Source: Phoronis australis (taxonomy: Eukaryota > Animalia > Phoronida). From it: a stretch of 64,000 bases of DNA. Positions 1 to 12,867 of the stretch are shown here, piece after piece. Every line of letters begins with the position of its first letter. The stretch's first letter is position 1. Made by a program: the position numbers and the translations under genes. Location of the stretch: assembly GCA_002633005.1 (NCBI GenBank), contig NMRA01000337.1:1-64000 (forward strand). The letters run 5' to 3'. The notes beneath the pieces are model-generated. The model did not search any database and was not told the DNA's origin. It worked only from the letters and a program-made list of their open reading frames with translations.

Positions 1-470
1 AGGCGTGATCCGCCTGTGAGATACATTGTTGAGATTATGCCTCCAGTCGCCACTGAGTGAAAACTAACAGCTAGTCGCGCCATATGGCGGCATCAGGGGG
101 GAATGAGTTAACAGAACAAAATATAGGTGTATTCTCTATACTTCCTGAAATGTAGTGACATCACTGACTATGACCTGCAAGAAAATTGTCCATATCATTG
201 CCCATGGTCATGTGAACAGAACATCTCATGAAGGAATCAATTATGCCATAACAGAAAACCAGATTATTTTACTTGTCAAAAGACAAATTACTATTTACAA
301 AAACAATATCTAATTTTTTTCAACTTCCTAATAAATGTATACACAACAAAATTTTACATACAATCTGAATTCTTGAACCACATGGATTTGAGCTCGAAAG
401 TGGAAAATGAAAAGTCATTTGAGATAAAGACAAGTTGCCCAGTTTGTTGTCGAACTAAATTTCCTGAGCA

Positions 471-571
471 TAGAACAATATGAACACCTCCAAATAGAAT
501 TATAACATGAACACCTCCAAATAGAACAATATGAACACCTCTAAATAGAACAATATGAACACCTCTAAAAA
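471..571. repeat. Minisatellite, about 4 copies of a 24-27 bp unit TAGAACAATATGAACACCTC(C/T)AAA
   Basis: Directly visible; explains the repeated GVHIVLF in ORF 354..698. Confidence 0.85.
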
Positions 572-734
572 GACAAAGTGTTTTGAGAAAGCAGCTGGCA
601 GCTGACCAAAACAGTGTTATACAACCCACAGAACTATCTCTGTCGTGAACAAGCCAGTGAAATGAGGGATTGTGGGTTGGGAAGAAAACAGTGCTCACTT
701 AATTAAAGACTACTGGTGATGTTGTAGTTCTTAC

Positions 735-866
735 CGCCTGTATTTTATCATCTCGGGCTGCCAATTCTTGTCTAGCCGGAAATGGACCCTCTTGGAGGTG
801 TCTTCTATGTTCATGGCCCAAAGGTCCTCAACTTCCAGTGGCTTCTTATAACCCTTAATGACCATA
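735..866 (-). CDS. ABCC/MRP1-like exon 7 (SMVIKGYKKPLEVEDLWAMNIEDTS...EMIKYR); gene continues beyond window start
   Basis: 132 nt, ttatAG / GTaag boundaries; the AG left by exon 6 plus T gives Ser; GYKKPL..EDLW motif. Confidence 0.95.
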
Positions 867-1147
867 CTATAAGCAGAAACACCTAATATTATGAATACCA
901 CATAGAAAGGTGACAATAGAGAGCATGCTTTTGCAGATCTGAAAATGTTCGCTTACAAGCAAAGATATATCAAGAAGTTTTAGATAGTTTAACAGGAAAA
1001 ATAATGCTTATGAGCTCAACAATCAACAAAATGCGTTAAGTTGCCTTAAACTTTAACTTAATTTATTTCTGTAGATGAATGCAAAATTTAAAAAAACACA
1101 GTAGTGCAATCAGCTGTGCCAGTGTCATGTGACTGCAGTATGACTTA

Positions 1148-4100
1148 AACAAAAGCAACGCAAAGCCTTGATATGCAGCCAGATACAAGGGATGATAACT
1201 ATTTCAGATATTTCCACTAAATGGAGCAATGCTAATAAACTTAAAATAGCCTCTAGGGGGTGCATAGCAAGTCAGCAAAGATCTCCCCAATAGGAGCACA
1301 CTTGCCAAGCCTGTAAAAAATTAAAACAGGCACTTGGGACACGGTGGTACTTTGGTTGTCAGATATGTCCAAATGTCATCATCTATTGTCACATTCATAC
1401 AAAATAAAATAATTGCAGGCGGTCTGATACACGTTGTACCAGATGTGCGCAGGCCTCGCATGTGGGCCCATTGCACTGATCACCTGGAAATATTTTTATG
1501 CGTTATTGATATATGGTTAAAACCGAGCTGAGGAGCTAGAAACCTGGCTCAAGGGTTTAGCAGTGTGACCTGGTAGGACTTGAACCCACGACCTCGAGGA
1601 AAGAAAGCGGGCACTTATCAACCAGGCCACACTGCCTCCTCTACATTCATACAACTACACTTGCCAAATTACACAAAGATTCAGCAGGATGCACTGACAT
1701 AACAATTCTTTGAGTGGATTGGCCGATAGAGGGATCGGATGTCAAAAACAGACATGGCCACTTGGAGACATACATCGCATCGAATCCATCTGAAAACAAA
1801 AAGGTGTCATCACCTCATTAACAGAAACCTATTTTCCCAATTTCATAAAAATCCACCAAGAAAAACCAAAGATGCAGAGCAAAATGGAGAAAAATAAATA
1901 TAGCAACTCAGGTTGCACAGCGAGAGTCGAATCCATCTGAACGATGTCGTCATACATTGTCACCTTGAAGTTTATACAAATACATTGCTACATTAAACAA
2001 AGTCGTGCAGAGGGTTTAGGAGATACAGCTGCAGACACAAGGAAAACAAAACTGCCACTAGGAGGGGCCACAGTAGTCAGTGTCATCCTCCACCGACAGA
2101 TGTTGTCTTCCCAGGAAGAAGATATACGTGAGCTTTCATGATAATCCTAAGAGTGGTTTGGCTGACAGAGAGGCGGACGCCAAAACAGACTCAAAATAAT
2201 AAAAATGGCCACTAGGTGGCATGCACTAAGTCAAATCCATATCAAAACGGAAGATGTCATTGCTTTTTAATGAACATCTGTTTACCAAATTTCATAAACA
2301 TCCGTAAAGGATACAGACCAAAACGGAAAAGTGTAAAACTGCCACTAAGGGGCACAGCACTGGTTGGATCTGTCTGACAGTGGTCTTAACCTGTTGTCAC
2401 TTTCATGTAAATACACTTGGTAAATTCAAGAAAGATCCAGCAGAGGGCACCACAGACGGTGTTGATTTCTAGCATAAAAAATGGCCACTAGATGGCACAG
2501 AATACATTGAACCCTTCCAAAAAAGGTAAGCTGTCTTCATTTCTCAAAATTATTTGCCAAAGTTCATGAAAAGCCACCAAAGAACTCTAAAGATACAATG
2601 GCAAACATAACAAAAACAAATTACCAATAAGAACCACAGTAGTATTTGAAACCATCCATCTGCTGTTGAGTAAGGGGGAATATTTTCATAATGATCCTCT
2701 GCGCAGTTTGGCAGATACAGATAAAGCAGACAACAAAGAACAGAATAAAATATAATTAAAATGGCCACTAGTAGGTACAGAATATGTCAAATCCATCAAA
2801 AAGAAAGGAAAGATGCTGTCGTCTTCAGTTGAAATATGTTTGCCCAATTTTACAAAAAAGCATCAATGAACTCTGAAGTTTAAGAGGCAAATGCAAAAAT
2901 AAAATTGTCATTTATGGGAGAACAGCTGTAGTTGGGTTGGTCTGAAACTGGCCGTCATCTGTTGCCATCTCCATAGAAAAACATCTGCTAAATTTCAGAA
3001 AGATCTTGCAAACGGTAAAGGAGATACAGATGTGAACACCCACTAGGGGTGCAAGAGTAGTTGAAGTCATCCAAAAAACAACGTGAGTCTCAGTCGTCTC
3101 ATCACAAACACATATGTCCAAATTTTAATCATGATCCTTCAAACGGTTTGGTAGATAGAGAGGGTGATGTCAAAAACATGCTAAAATTTTTTTATATTGC
3201 TACTGAGAGGAACAAAATATGTCAAATCCACTATAAAATGTGAAAGCGTCGTAGAAACCTATTTGCAAAATTTCGTGATAAAACCGCTGATATACATCGT
3301 ATCTATCTGAAAACAGGAACCTGTTGACTCTTTAATAGAACCTATTCATTAAATTTCAAAAAAATCTGCCAAGGAGTTTCAAAGATACAGGGGACAACGA
3401 AAAAATAAAATTATCACTAAGGGGGGCAAAACAGTAGTCGGATCCATTCAAATTTCAACGTTGTCTGTTGTCAACTTCATATTAATATACTTGCAAAATT
3501 TTCATAAAGATCCTGTAGATGGTTTGGAAGATACAGACATAGATGGAAAAAAATAACACTAGGAGGTGCCACAATAATCCTAGTCGTCTAAAAATACTCA
3601 TCAGCCGTCCACTTTACAATAGAAAAATAAACGCCAATTTTCAAAATCATCTTTACAGTGGTTTGTTTGAAAGAGGGGTGGATGCCAAAACAGACTAGAA
3701 AACAGTGAAAATGGCTTTTAAAAGCTTAAAATATGTTTAATCCATCCGAATGGGAACATGTCATCATTTCTTTAATAGAAAGCTATTTACAGAATGTCAT
3801 AAAAATCCATCAAGAAATGTCAGAGAACAGGAAACTGAAAAAAACAAAACTGACACTAGTCCGAGCACAATGTTCTTTGGATCCGTCTAAAAGTCGTCGT
3901 CATTTGTTGTCAACTTCATATCAATACACTTGCTAAATGTAATAAAAATCCTAGAGGGTTAAGGAGTCACAGCCACGGGCGCAAAAAATAAACTGCCAGT
4001 AGGTGGCGCCTCAGTAGTCAAAGTCGTCCGAAAATCATCTTCGGCTGTCTTCTTAACAGTACGAACAAATAAGTATGCCAATTTTCAAAATCATCCTTAG

Positions 4101-4500
4101 AGCCGCTAATAGAAAGACAGACACCTAAACACAGACTCGAAAACAGTAAAAATGGCCACTAGGTGGCGCAAAATATATTGAATCCATTCGAAAACAGCAG
4201 GACAGCATCATTTCACTACTAATAGATGATTATCTGCCAAATTTTATGAAAATGCATTGAGCTTTTGAAGAAACAATTAAACATAAAAAACGGCCACCAG
4301 GGGACACACTGGCAGTCAGATATGAGTCCGAAAGTGCCCTCATGCCACCCCATCCATGAAAGGAACACGTGATGCAAAATTTCATGAACATAAGTCAAAG
4401 GCTTTTGGAGATAAAGCCCCAGATGCTGCACAGATGTCAGACGGATGGACAGGTATGACGGCATAATGCACCCACATATAAATATATGGGTGCATCAAAA
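1148..4500 (-). mobile_element. Helentron/DINE-1-like non-autonomous element with long, degenerate ~145-bp tandem array (copy 1)
   Basis: Left end AACAAAAGCAACGC and right-end hairpin ATGCACCCACATA..TATATGGGTGCAT with GGAC-type microsatellite are shared with the copies at 48754 and 61229; about 19 internal units centred on CCACTAG-like motifs. Confidence 0.75.
1403..1642 (-). mobile_element. tRNA-derived SINE inserted in the Helentron-like array
   Basis: Minus-strand head GGCAGTGTGGCCTGGTTG (A box) ... GGGTTCAAGTCC (B box); 12-bp TSD ACATTCATACAA at 1391-1402 and 1643-1654. Confidence 0.8.
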
Positions 4501-4625
4501 TGGTTTTTGGACCCATTTCTAGAAGTGAGTTCCCCCGCTCTGCACGAACTCTTATTTAGCTCATGGATAACTAGACAATGCTATTATGAAGCTCTTGATA
4601 AGTAAAGTGGTATGAGCCAGGTGGT

Positions 4626-5524
4626 TTGTCACCAGATGGCATTGCACCTGTTGAAAACTCACCTTGTAAACCACCAGAATGTTATGCGAGACAGAAACGA
4701 TGACTCCTTCTCAGGACACGGGAGCTACAACAAAACAACGATATACTGAATTCACCCTAACAACCGCCCATGCCCCTATAAGCGCCCCCCCAAGCATTTT
4801 CAGACTTTACTGAAATAAGCGCCCAGTCCATGAACGTGTACGTGCGTAAAATGCCTTACCTACAGTCCTAAAATTCTACAATAACATCTTCAATTTATCA
4901 ATAATATCCGACAGACCTGAAAAAAATCATTGTGTGCGGAATTTGTAGACCACGAGCCTTGCCGCCATGTCGGTATTTATTCCACTTCAAAGTTATGCTC
5001 TGAATAGGATTTGATTTAACTCTCACAAATATACAGTATTCGTCGATTCAACAGTTTTTTTTTATTTATGTTGTTTCAACTGTGCATTGCTTTTCGGCAG
5101 CCATTTTATAGTAACTTCTATGGTCCTCAAATGTTGCCGCCTTTTGAAAGAACAGAAAACCATGCAGAAAAAAAGGCCAAGAAAATAGGACAAGTGGTTT
5201 ACAACAATTACAGTTCAACCACAAACTGTTTTACGGCGAATACGGTATTTAAATATCAAACAAAAACACTTAAAGGTGAAGGCAACATTTTTTCATGTCA
5301 TTTTTAGCAAAAATAAGGTTCGTTGATTATCCCAGACATATTTTTCACTTATTTACTGCTTTTCGTAATTTAATTATTAATTACTCGTCGTCTACTCCGG
5401 AAGTGACGTTTTGGGAGGCAAGAATTTTGTGCAAATTTCTTTTCATATGGTCCGACTGTGAGAGCAGTCGAGTCAGTCATTGTTCTACCTCGGTTGTGAT
5501 GAGTTCGGTCGTCGTTTGCTTTTG
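4626..5524. repeat. Near-identical duplicate of about 6264-7545, with an internal deletion of about 385 bp, ending at the N gap
   Basis: Shared exon 6, pogo-like fragment and Kolobok end; ORFs 5068..5307 and 7090..7329 are nearly identical. Confidence 0.9.
4663..4724 (-). CDS. ABCC/MRP1-like exon 6, copy B (identical 62 nt)
   Basis: Same exon sequence and splice sites as 6301-6362; separated from it by the N at 5525, so possibly a haplotype duplicate. Confidence 0.7.
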
Positions 5525-6300
5525 NTCAGGCTTCGATTGAAATTCACATCTTACCAGCAGCTTCTGTTTTTTCATCATCACTCAGGTTCCATTCTCTTTA
5601 AAAAATGAAGTAAATTTTCTTCATTGCACAGTGGAGCAGACGACGAAAACGGAGTCATAGTGCGCAGCGCCACTGCCGGTCGCCTGGGATATCGCGGGAG
5701 AGCCTATACTTAGCCATAGTTCCGTTACGAATGCGCAGTGTTCCGAATTTGACACTTGAAATTGGGTTTGAGCCCCCCCAAACACTAAAACTGCACACAT
5801 TTAAATCCTTTTTCATCCGTATAATTTTAATTACCAGGGTTACCCTACGCTCTTACTGTTTTATTTTTTTTTGCGGCAGCCAAGGGGGGGGGGGGCCCGG
5901 GCCCCCTGGGCCCCCCCCCTAAATCCGCCTATGTAAAGCTTGTGTAATACATTATGCTAATCCTACAATTCTTCTCCGATTGGCTATTAAGAAGAGCCTT
6001 GCCATTGTTGATCTAAATGCTCAGGGTTCCCTGAATGGCAACCCCAAGGGTCGGTTGAGCTCACCCTTTAGGGATAAATTTGACCTTTGTAGGTGACTGT
6101 TTTACAACTGAGTTTTGGCTCAATTCAGTAATCTTGTAACCCTGTTATTGGGCATTGGTGAATTCCTTGAGAATCACAAATTGAACTTCGTCAAAACATT
6201 AAGACTCCTGTATAATATACAGAATGCTAACAACAATTGTGCTGGGATATCGACTGATCAATTTTGTCACCAGATCGCATCGCGTCTGTTGAAAACTCAC

Positions 6301-6362
6301 CTTGTAAACCACCAGAATGTTATGCGAGACAGAAACGATGACTCCTTCTCAGGACACGGGAG
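6301..6362 (-). CDS. ABCC/MRP1-like exon 6, copy A (LPCPEKESSFLSRITFWWFT)
   Basis: 62 nt, ttgtAG / GTgagt boundaries, PCPE..SSFLSRITFWW L0/lasso motif. Confidence 0.9.
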
Positions 6363-6383
6363 CTACAACAAAACAACGATATA

Positions 6384-6930
6384 CCGTATTCGCCCTAACA
6401 ACCGCCCATGCCCTTATAAGCGCCCCCCACGCATTTTCAGACTTTACTGAAATAAGCGCCCAGTCCATGAACGTGTACGTGTGTAAAATGCCTTACCTAC
6501 AGTCCTAAAATTCTACAATAACGTCTTCAATTTATCAATAATATCCGACAGATCTGAAAAAAATCATTGTGTGCAGAATTTGTAGACCACGAGCTTTGCC
6601 GCCATGTCGGTATTTAGCCGTGACTATACACTTCAAACTCCCACCGTGCCTTAAAAAGAACGCAAAATTTTTGCTGATCTTGTGAAGAATGTGTCATACT
6701 ATGGTCTGGCCCTTCAGAACAGACGCAGCGTACTTGTCAACGGGATTGTATCGGTAGATATTTCCCGACCTCAACAGGAATCCAAATTTCTTCTTACACG
6801 TGAAAACTGCGAATCGAACAATAATAAAAAAACTCCAACTAGTGTTAGCACGTGGCCAGGAAGCGCGCACTACATACATGCACCGACTGTCATCAAAGAC
6901 ATTAGCCGGGAACTATCCATTTATGAAACA
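6384..6930 (+). mobile_element. pogo/Tc1-mariner-like non-autonomous element fragment (family also at about 14400-15124 minus and about 33045-33780 plus)
   Basis: Starts TA|CCGTATTCGCCCTAA with subterminal TAAGCGCCC repeats; several dispersed homologous copies in the window. Confidence 0.6.
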
Positions 6931-7295
6931 GGTAGTGCACTCAGGAACCCAATGGTCGTCCGCCTAAGCATAAAACAGGCTTGTTGTCGTACTCACCCAA
7001 TTATTCCACTTCAAAGTTATGCTCTGAATAGGATTTGATTTAACTCTCACAAATATACAGTATTCGTTGATTCAACAGTTTTTTTATTTATGTTGTTTCA
7101 ACTGTGCATTGCTTTTCGGCAGCCATTTTATAGTAACTTCTATGGTCCTCATATGTTGCCGCCTTTTGAAAGAACAGAAAACCACGCAGAAAAAAAGGCC
7201 AAGAAAATAGGACAAGTGGTTCACAACAATTACAGTTCAACCACAAACTGTTTTACGGTGAATACGGTATTTAAATATCAAACAAAAACACTTAA

Positions 7296-8410
7296 AGGTG
7301 AAGGCAACCTTTTTGCATGTCATTTTTAGCAAAAATAAGGTTCGTTGATTATCCCAGACATATTTTTCACTTATTTACTGCTTTTCGTAATTTAATTATT
7401 AATTACTCGTCGTCTACTCCAGAAGTGACGTTTTGGGAGGCAAGAATTTCGCGCAACTTTCTTTTCATATGGTCCGATTGTGACAGCAGTCGAGTCAGTC
7501 ATTGTTCTACCTCGGTTGTGATAAGTTCGGTCGTCGTTTGCTTTTGCTTACGAGTCAGTCAACATGCCACGCTGTTGCTACTTACTGGGATGTACTCATT
7601 ATCGTCTCACGTACAGAGGAAAACTGTCCCACTTGCCCGAGTGTCCCGCGACACACTCCCACTGGAGGGTGACCTGAGCACCCAAACTGCTTACATCCCG
7701 CCTTGTGACTCCCTCGACACACACCTGGCACCTTTTAAATACCTCCAATACAAGTCCGCAATAAACTTATCAAACTTAGGCTCACCGATCTGTTCATTGG
7801 ATGACGAACTGTCCTCTTCACTGGGTGTTGAACTGGGTCTATATTCACTCCCACAACTCAAAATCGCTGCAGGGCTGCTTACAGGCTCTGGGCTAGAGAC
7901 AGCAGCACAAAGCGAATCACTGCTAGTTCCCAGAATTGCACGCAATGGGGTACGTTCAGAGGCACGGGTGACAGCAGATGAAGTGCCTCCAGTCACTGTA
8001 TATAGTGGCCACAGCTCGATCGCCAGGCTTCTCGCTTCAAAAATGCACTTTTCGGGGTTGGCGACGGGGCACTGCCGGTAATCAACAGCGACGGTATGGT
8101 ACACTTCTTCAGGCGTTGTTTCGCAGGGATCTTCATCAATTCAGCGTACATATCTCTGTCGTAATCTGACGGCAGAAAATGCTTGCCACACACTCGGTAA
8201 CCCTCCACTGCTTTGTACGTTGCTTAGACGGGTAGCGCTGCATTCTTCACATGAACGAGCTAGCCAAGTACGGCGAAGTGTGTCATCCTTCGGAAAGCGA
8301 CGCAAGGTACCCAAAGCGCGTGTGAGACGATGAGTACATCCCGGCACGTAGCAACAGCGTGGCATGTTGACTGACTTGTAAACAAAAGCAAACGACGACT
8401 GAACTTATCA
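7296..8410. mobile_element. Kolobok-like element (TTAA|AGGTGAAGGC end) with an internally inverted THAP segment
   Basis: Left terminus matches the TIR of 24943-26511; the interior matches that element in reverse orientation. Confidence 0.75.
7993..8365 (-). pseudogene. Frameshifted THAP zinc-finger (C2CH) coding remnant of the transposon
   Basis: MPRCCYVPGC...FPKD..LRRTW in ORF 8141..8365 continues in another frame as RVCGKHF...RLKKCTIPSL (ORF 7993..8208). Confidence 0.85.
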
Positions 8411-8955
8411 CATAGATGGGACCATATTATTTGTTTTACAAAAAAAATAGAAAAAACTGTTGTTTTTACAAATATAAGTTCTGGTGGTTATTAGTCAACT
8501 TCAAACTCAAATTTCTCAAAAATGTGTAACTTTAAATATGTGAACTTCTAGATTTTGAAAACACTCCCGGTAATGAATTAAAAAAACACCAAAATAAAAT
8601 TGCCCCCCTAAAAGAACTCACAAATACCATTTTCTAGAAGCCCTACAAATTCTGGCCAACCGCCTAAAGTAGGGGTATCAAGTGGTGAAATGAAGTATCC
8701 CAAAAATGATTTTCTTTGCACAGCACAGCATGGTAGTGAACATGGTGAAATTCCCTGTGAAATTTGCACTTTCCTTCCCTCAGTAAAACCCTCTGATGCT
8801 GATGTATGCAATTTTAACCTCCAGGGAAATTTCTAGTGGAATTTTGGTACTGGGAAGGTAATTTTTGTGATTTTTAAATGTTTTTCAGAGAGATTTTGAT
8901 GTGGGTGGTATTCACAGCCCCAGTATCCAGACATTGAGAGCCGACAAAAACTTAC

Positions 8956-9084
8956 AAGATCATCCTGTGAAGGTATATAGCCTAGTGGCGCTTTGTCGAC
9001 CCACGCTGCAAGTATTAGCTGAATGGTCACCAGGAGGAGCTGTAGACACAGCAAGACTAGACGATATACATCAGTGATGAATCC
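8956..9084 (-). CDS. ABCC/MRP1-like exon 5 (GFITDVYRLVLL...AAWVDKAPLGYIPSQDDL)
   Basis: 129 nt, tgcAG / GTaagt boundaries, last TMD0 helix; lies within ORF 8833..9105. Confidence 0.9.
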
Positions 9085-10090
9085 CTGCACAAGATTAACC
9101 TCCATTAAGACATTTCATTCCACACAGACTGCCAATATGGGGACAAATTAAGACACATTATCAATATCAGAAAGTCAACAACTTAACATTATTTCTTTAT
9201 CACTGTGACATTCAAAGCTGTTTCAAGTCAGCAGTTGTTTTTAACATTTTTGAATAATTGTTTTCAGTGGCCAGGGTAACTTGAAACATTTCCCCACCCC
9301 TCCAGCTTCCCCAGCTCAGTAATTGTCACCGAACATTGAGTTATCCCCACGCCTCCACTTTGACACCGTACATTTCAATTAAGTTATATCCACGCCTCCA
9401 CTTCATACAGAACAAGGAGAAACAATAGCAGGGCAACAAAGTATTACGCCTGCTCCGAGGGACACATAAAAGAGGATCCAAATTGGTGAGACTTAGACAC
9501 TCGCTATATGCAGGGATCTTGTAAGTCACTCTGCCATCACAGGGGCGAAGAGGTATTCCAGGGAGGAACAAGGCTGCCAGCACTTGTGTGACATTTATAG
9601 TAAAAATAGACAGTGATAGTCTGTGATCTCGATGGATCGAACTAAATCAATAAATTGTTAATTAGAAATAATAAAAATCTTCTTTTAGACATTGTTTTTG
9701 TCAGGGTTGTTGTGAAACGGGTAGTTTTTTCTTTCTTGGCCGTGCTGTTGAAGCTGTAACATGATGAGCTCAGTGATTCACCCTTTGTTTATACTCTGTA
9801 AGCTGCACTTAATCATCTGGCTATATTATATAATGCTAGCTAGCTGTGTGGCCACAGTCACGCTTTGTATACTGTACGTAGTGCTCAGATCACTTAATAG
9901 ATACTTGTATATATATATATATAATAATAATAATATATATACATATTATATATATATAAACAAGTCTCTTTTGTCTAAGTCTTGATAGTACATAAAATAT
10001 TAAACAAAACGTCGTTTTTTAAAACTGGTCTTCACATTGACGACCAAGATAATTAACCCTTAGACATGTCCCTGTGTTCACCCTACTCAC

Positions 10091-10228
10091 CTTTCTAACA
10101 GCACTCCTGGCTACGGACTGTAGCAAGACAAGACTGACGATGAATAAAAAGAACCAGAAGAGAAAGAGGCACCCCGATGCTCGGACACCCTTGGAACGTT
10201 CAAACTGTATGAGTAACAGCGCGAGTAC
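10091..10228 (-). CDS. ABCC/MRP1-like exon 4 (VLALLLIQFERSKGVRASGCLFLFW...AVRK)
   Basis: 138 nt, ctttAG / GTgagt boundaries, ER.KG..SG.LF.FW MRP motif. Confidence 0.95.
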
Positions 10229-11374
10229 CTAAAGAAAACAATGTAAACATGCAGTAATTCCATCCTTATTTTGTCTAGCTGCATATGCATCACACAGAAG
10301 CATCTTGCCAGCTAAGTATGATTGTGCAACTGTCACAAGTGTTTTACCTACGAAAACAACAAAATAACAGTCAATGAGAATGGACTCAGAATATTGAATT
10401 GAATCATTAATTTATCTAATTAATGTAGCTACTGGGTAGCCTCTTCAGTGTAAAACAGTCTGGTCTCGAGGCACTGAGGTATAGAAATATAGAAATGAAT
10501 AAAACAATAATTAAAGCTATTCAAATGTAAATAAAACAAGAATTAGCAGATAAATACAAAGATGAATAAATGCATGGCTTAAAAATGAAATCGAAAAAAG
10601 AAGGGACTAAATCCTCAATTTTGTAGCACATGCCAAAATATTATGCTGCACTCCTAACTCCTGTGACTGACCAGCATTGATTGAGTGCGCCACCTAGTGC
10701 ACAGCCGCCGATAAATCACAGTCTGAACAGCAATACTATCCTACCATCCTACACATCTGGCTAAACAACCATATCAAGCATAACATTCATTCACATTTTC
10801 AAAATTTTACTTTGCAATGCCCAGGCCCATGCAGTTTAAAGTTCACCTGTTGATTTTTGAGTTATCCTTAAACACCCTGGGTGTTAGCCTAGACTACTGT
10901 GAGGTTGATAAGACACCAGCTACTGGTTTGTCTCAGTTTAACTTGTCCACTAGCATTTAGTACGGGGCAATTGTGCCAGAAGCATTGCAAAATTGAGTAT
11001 AACCTTGAGGAGAATTTTTTAATCACTGGAGGGGAACCTGATGAAGGCAATTTGGTGCCATCGAGGCGTTCCCCCTGGTTTTGGCAGCTAAATTACTGGA
11101 AAAACAGAATCACCGCACAAGCTGCTTTACCAGCAAATGATGCAAATTGACTCTCCACTGTACTACTGAAGTAAAAATCTTAAAACCCAAACAAACATAA
11201 TGCTTGGCTACTTTTAATTAAGTTTCTTACATGAGAGGAAATGCAGTCTATTCCTAGCTTATTTCTCATAAATCCATAGGACAGTATTAAATTAATTCTT
11301 TTCAGCCAGAATCCTAAATCCTTTGATAAGCTGTGTTTAGACACACAGTCCAACTGAGACAGTTGTATGACTAA

Positions 11375-11875
11375 AGGGCCTTTCATACTTAACGTTGATG
11401 CCTCGATGGTTTGGGAGTAGCGGTCAGTATGAACGCTTAACTTCGGTACTGTACTGGATTGAAGTTAACAGCTCCAATTAACATCGCAGTTATCAGGTGG
11501 ATTTAACAGCGCAGCGTCCACGCTGCGGTGCAGTATGAACGGTAAACTTCAGTCCTATCGAAATCGCCAGGTGCCACTGTTATCGTTAACATTTCAATGG
11601 TATAGTGTAGATGCTAATAGTTGCTTATATTTTACTCCAATAATAACTAATCGATTTATAAATACATTTTATGTCAATTAGCACATGTAAATGTTCCCAA
11701 ATTGTCACGTTAAAAAAATCTTAGTGTGCAGCGCTACCTTGCGATTACTTCGATGACAACAGTGTCACCTGCCGTTTACTTCCATGTTCCTAAATTACTA
11801 TCGAAGCCAGTAATAACTTCGCAGTTAACATCTGCGCTCCGATTAGACCGGAGATAAGTCAGTATGAAAATGCCT
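11375..11875. mobile_element. MITE, possibly PIF/Harbinger-like
   Basis: Imperfect TIRs AGGGCCTTTCATACT / AGTATGAAAATGCCT; internal CAGTATGAAC repeats; TAA and TGA flanks. Confidence 0.45.
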
Positions 11876-12867
11876 TGAGAGCAGTTCACTTGGAGTTAGT
11901 AAAATGATCTAACCATGATGGCGACATCCCGTTGCTCCCAACTTGTTCGATTGTATAGCCCAACAACAAGTTGGGAAGTTTACCCCCGTAGCCAATTAAC
12001 TCCATTCTGGCGTTGATGGTTGGAGGGCCCGCGCTCTTATGTTTGGTAATTGCTCTAATCTCCAATCAGATCGTATCTAGCCTGACTGGGGTGGGCTGAT
12101 AAAAATGTAAGTTAATTAAGTTAAGCCAGATAGTATCGCACGTTCAGCATCCCTCACGTCAGGAAAAGTTACTGAACGACAGGATCGACGCTGTAATGAT
12201 TCTTTCTAGACAACAGAACTACTTCACTGAACTTGCATGTCAATTTCAAAAGGCCTACGTAAACTAGTTACCCCCTTCAAGACCAAAATGACAGAAAAAT
12301 GAGTTTGTCTGATTATGGATAAAACTGCACATATTACTGACATTTAATACAATATAAACATCTCAGCTAACAATGTCACAGGAGATGAACATACGGGAAT
12401 AGCAATCTACAAAAAGTCAATGGGGCAACACAAAGATAACTACTGAGTCCACAAGATATTAAACTCAACATAAAGATTCACAGGCACTATTTTCTACAAA
12501 TGAGGGGAGAAACGTCTATAATACTGTGAAACAAATAAATCAGATGATATAAAGAAATTTGAGCTAGCAGGGATAACATTATGTAAATACATGTGACTTA
12601 TCAAGTGGTGAAAATGATGCCATTTTGTAACAAGTCTTAGTGTCTCCAAACTTCCAAAGTTTTAATAATTTTGAGTTTTAAAAATTGGGAAGGTGTTGTC
12701 GTCTTTCAAACTTTTTTGCCAAATTTTATGAAAATCTGTCAAAGAACTCCAAAGATACAATTTAAGGTAACTTGCTATTAAGAACCACAGCAGCAGTAGA
12801 ATCTATCCATTTGCTGTCAAGTTAAAGGCCAAGGCAACCTCTCTCATGTCATTTTTACCAAAAATAA

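Noticed and set aside
354-698. 114-aa ORF with repeated GVHIVLF
   Set aside because: Translation of an intronic minisatellite
1570-1640. tRNA gene
   Set aside because: A and B boxes are present, but the head continues into a SINE body bounded by a 12-bp TSD and no full cloverleaf is evident
7317-8081. Longest ORF in the track (254 aa, plus strand)
   Set aside because: It runs through a transposon TIR and the antisense of the THAP remnant; no recognisable domain
9341-9583. Minus-strand ORF between ABCC exons 4 and 5
   Set aside because: Exons 4 and 5 already join in frame with expected lengths; no MRP similarity or convincing splice sites
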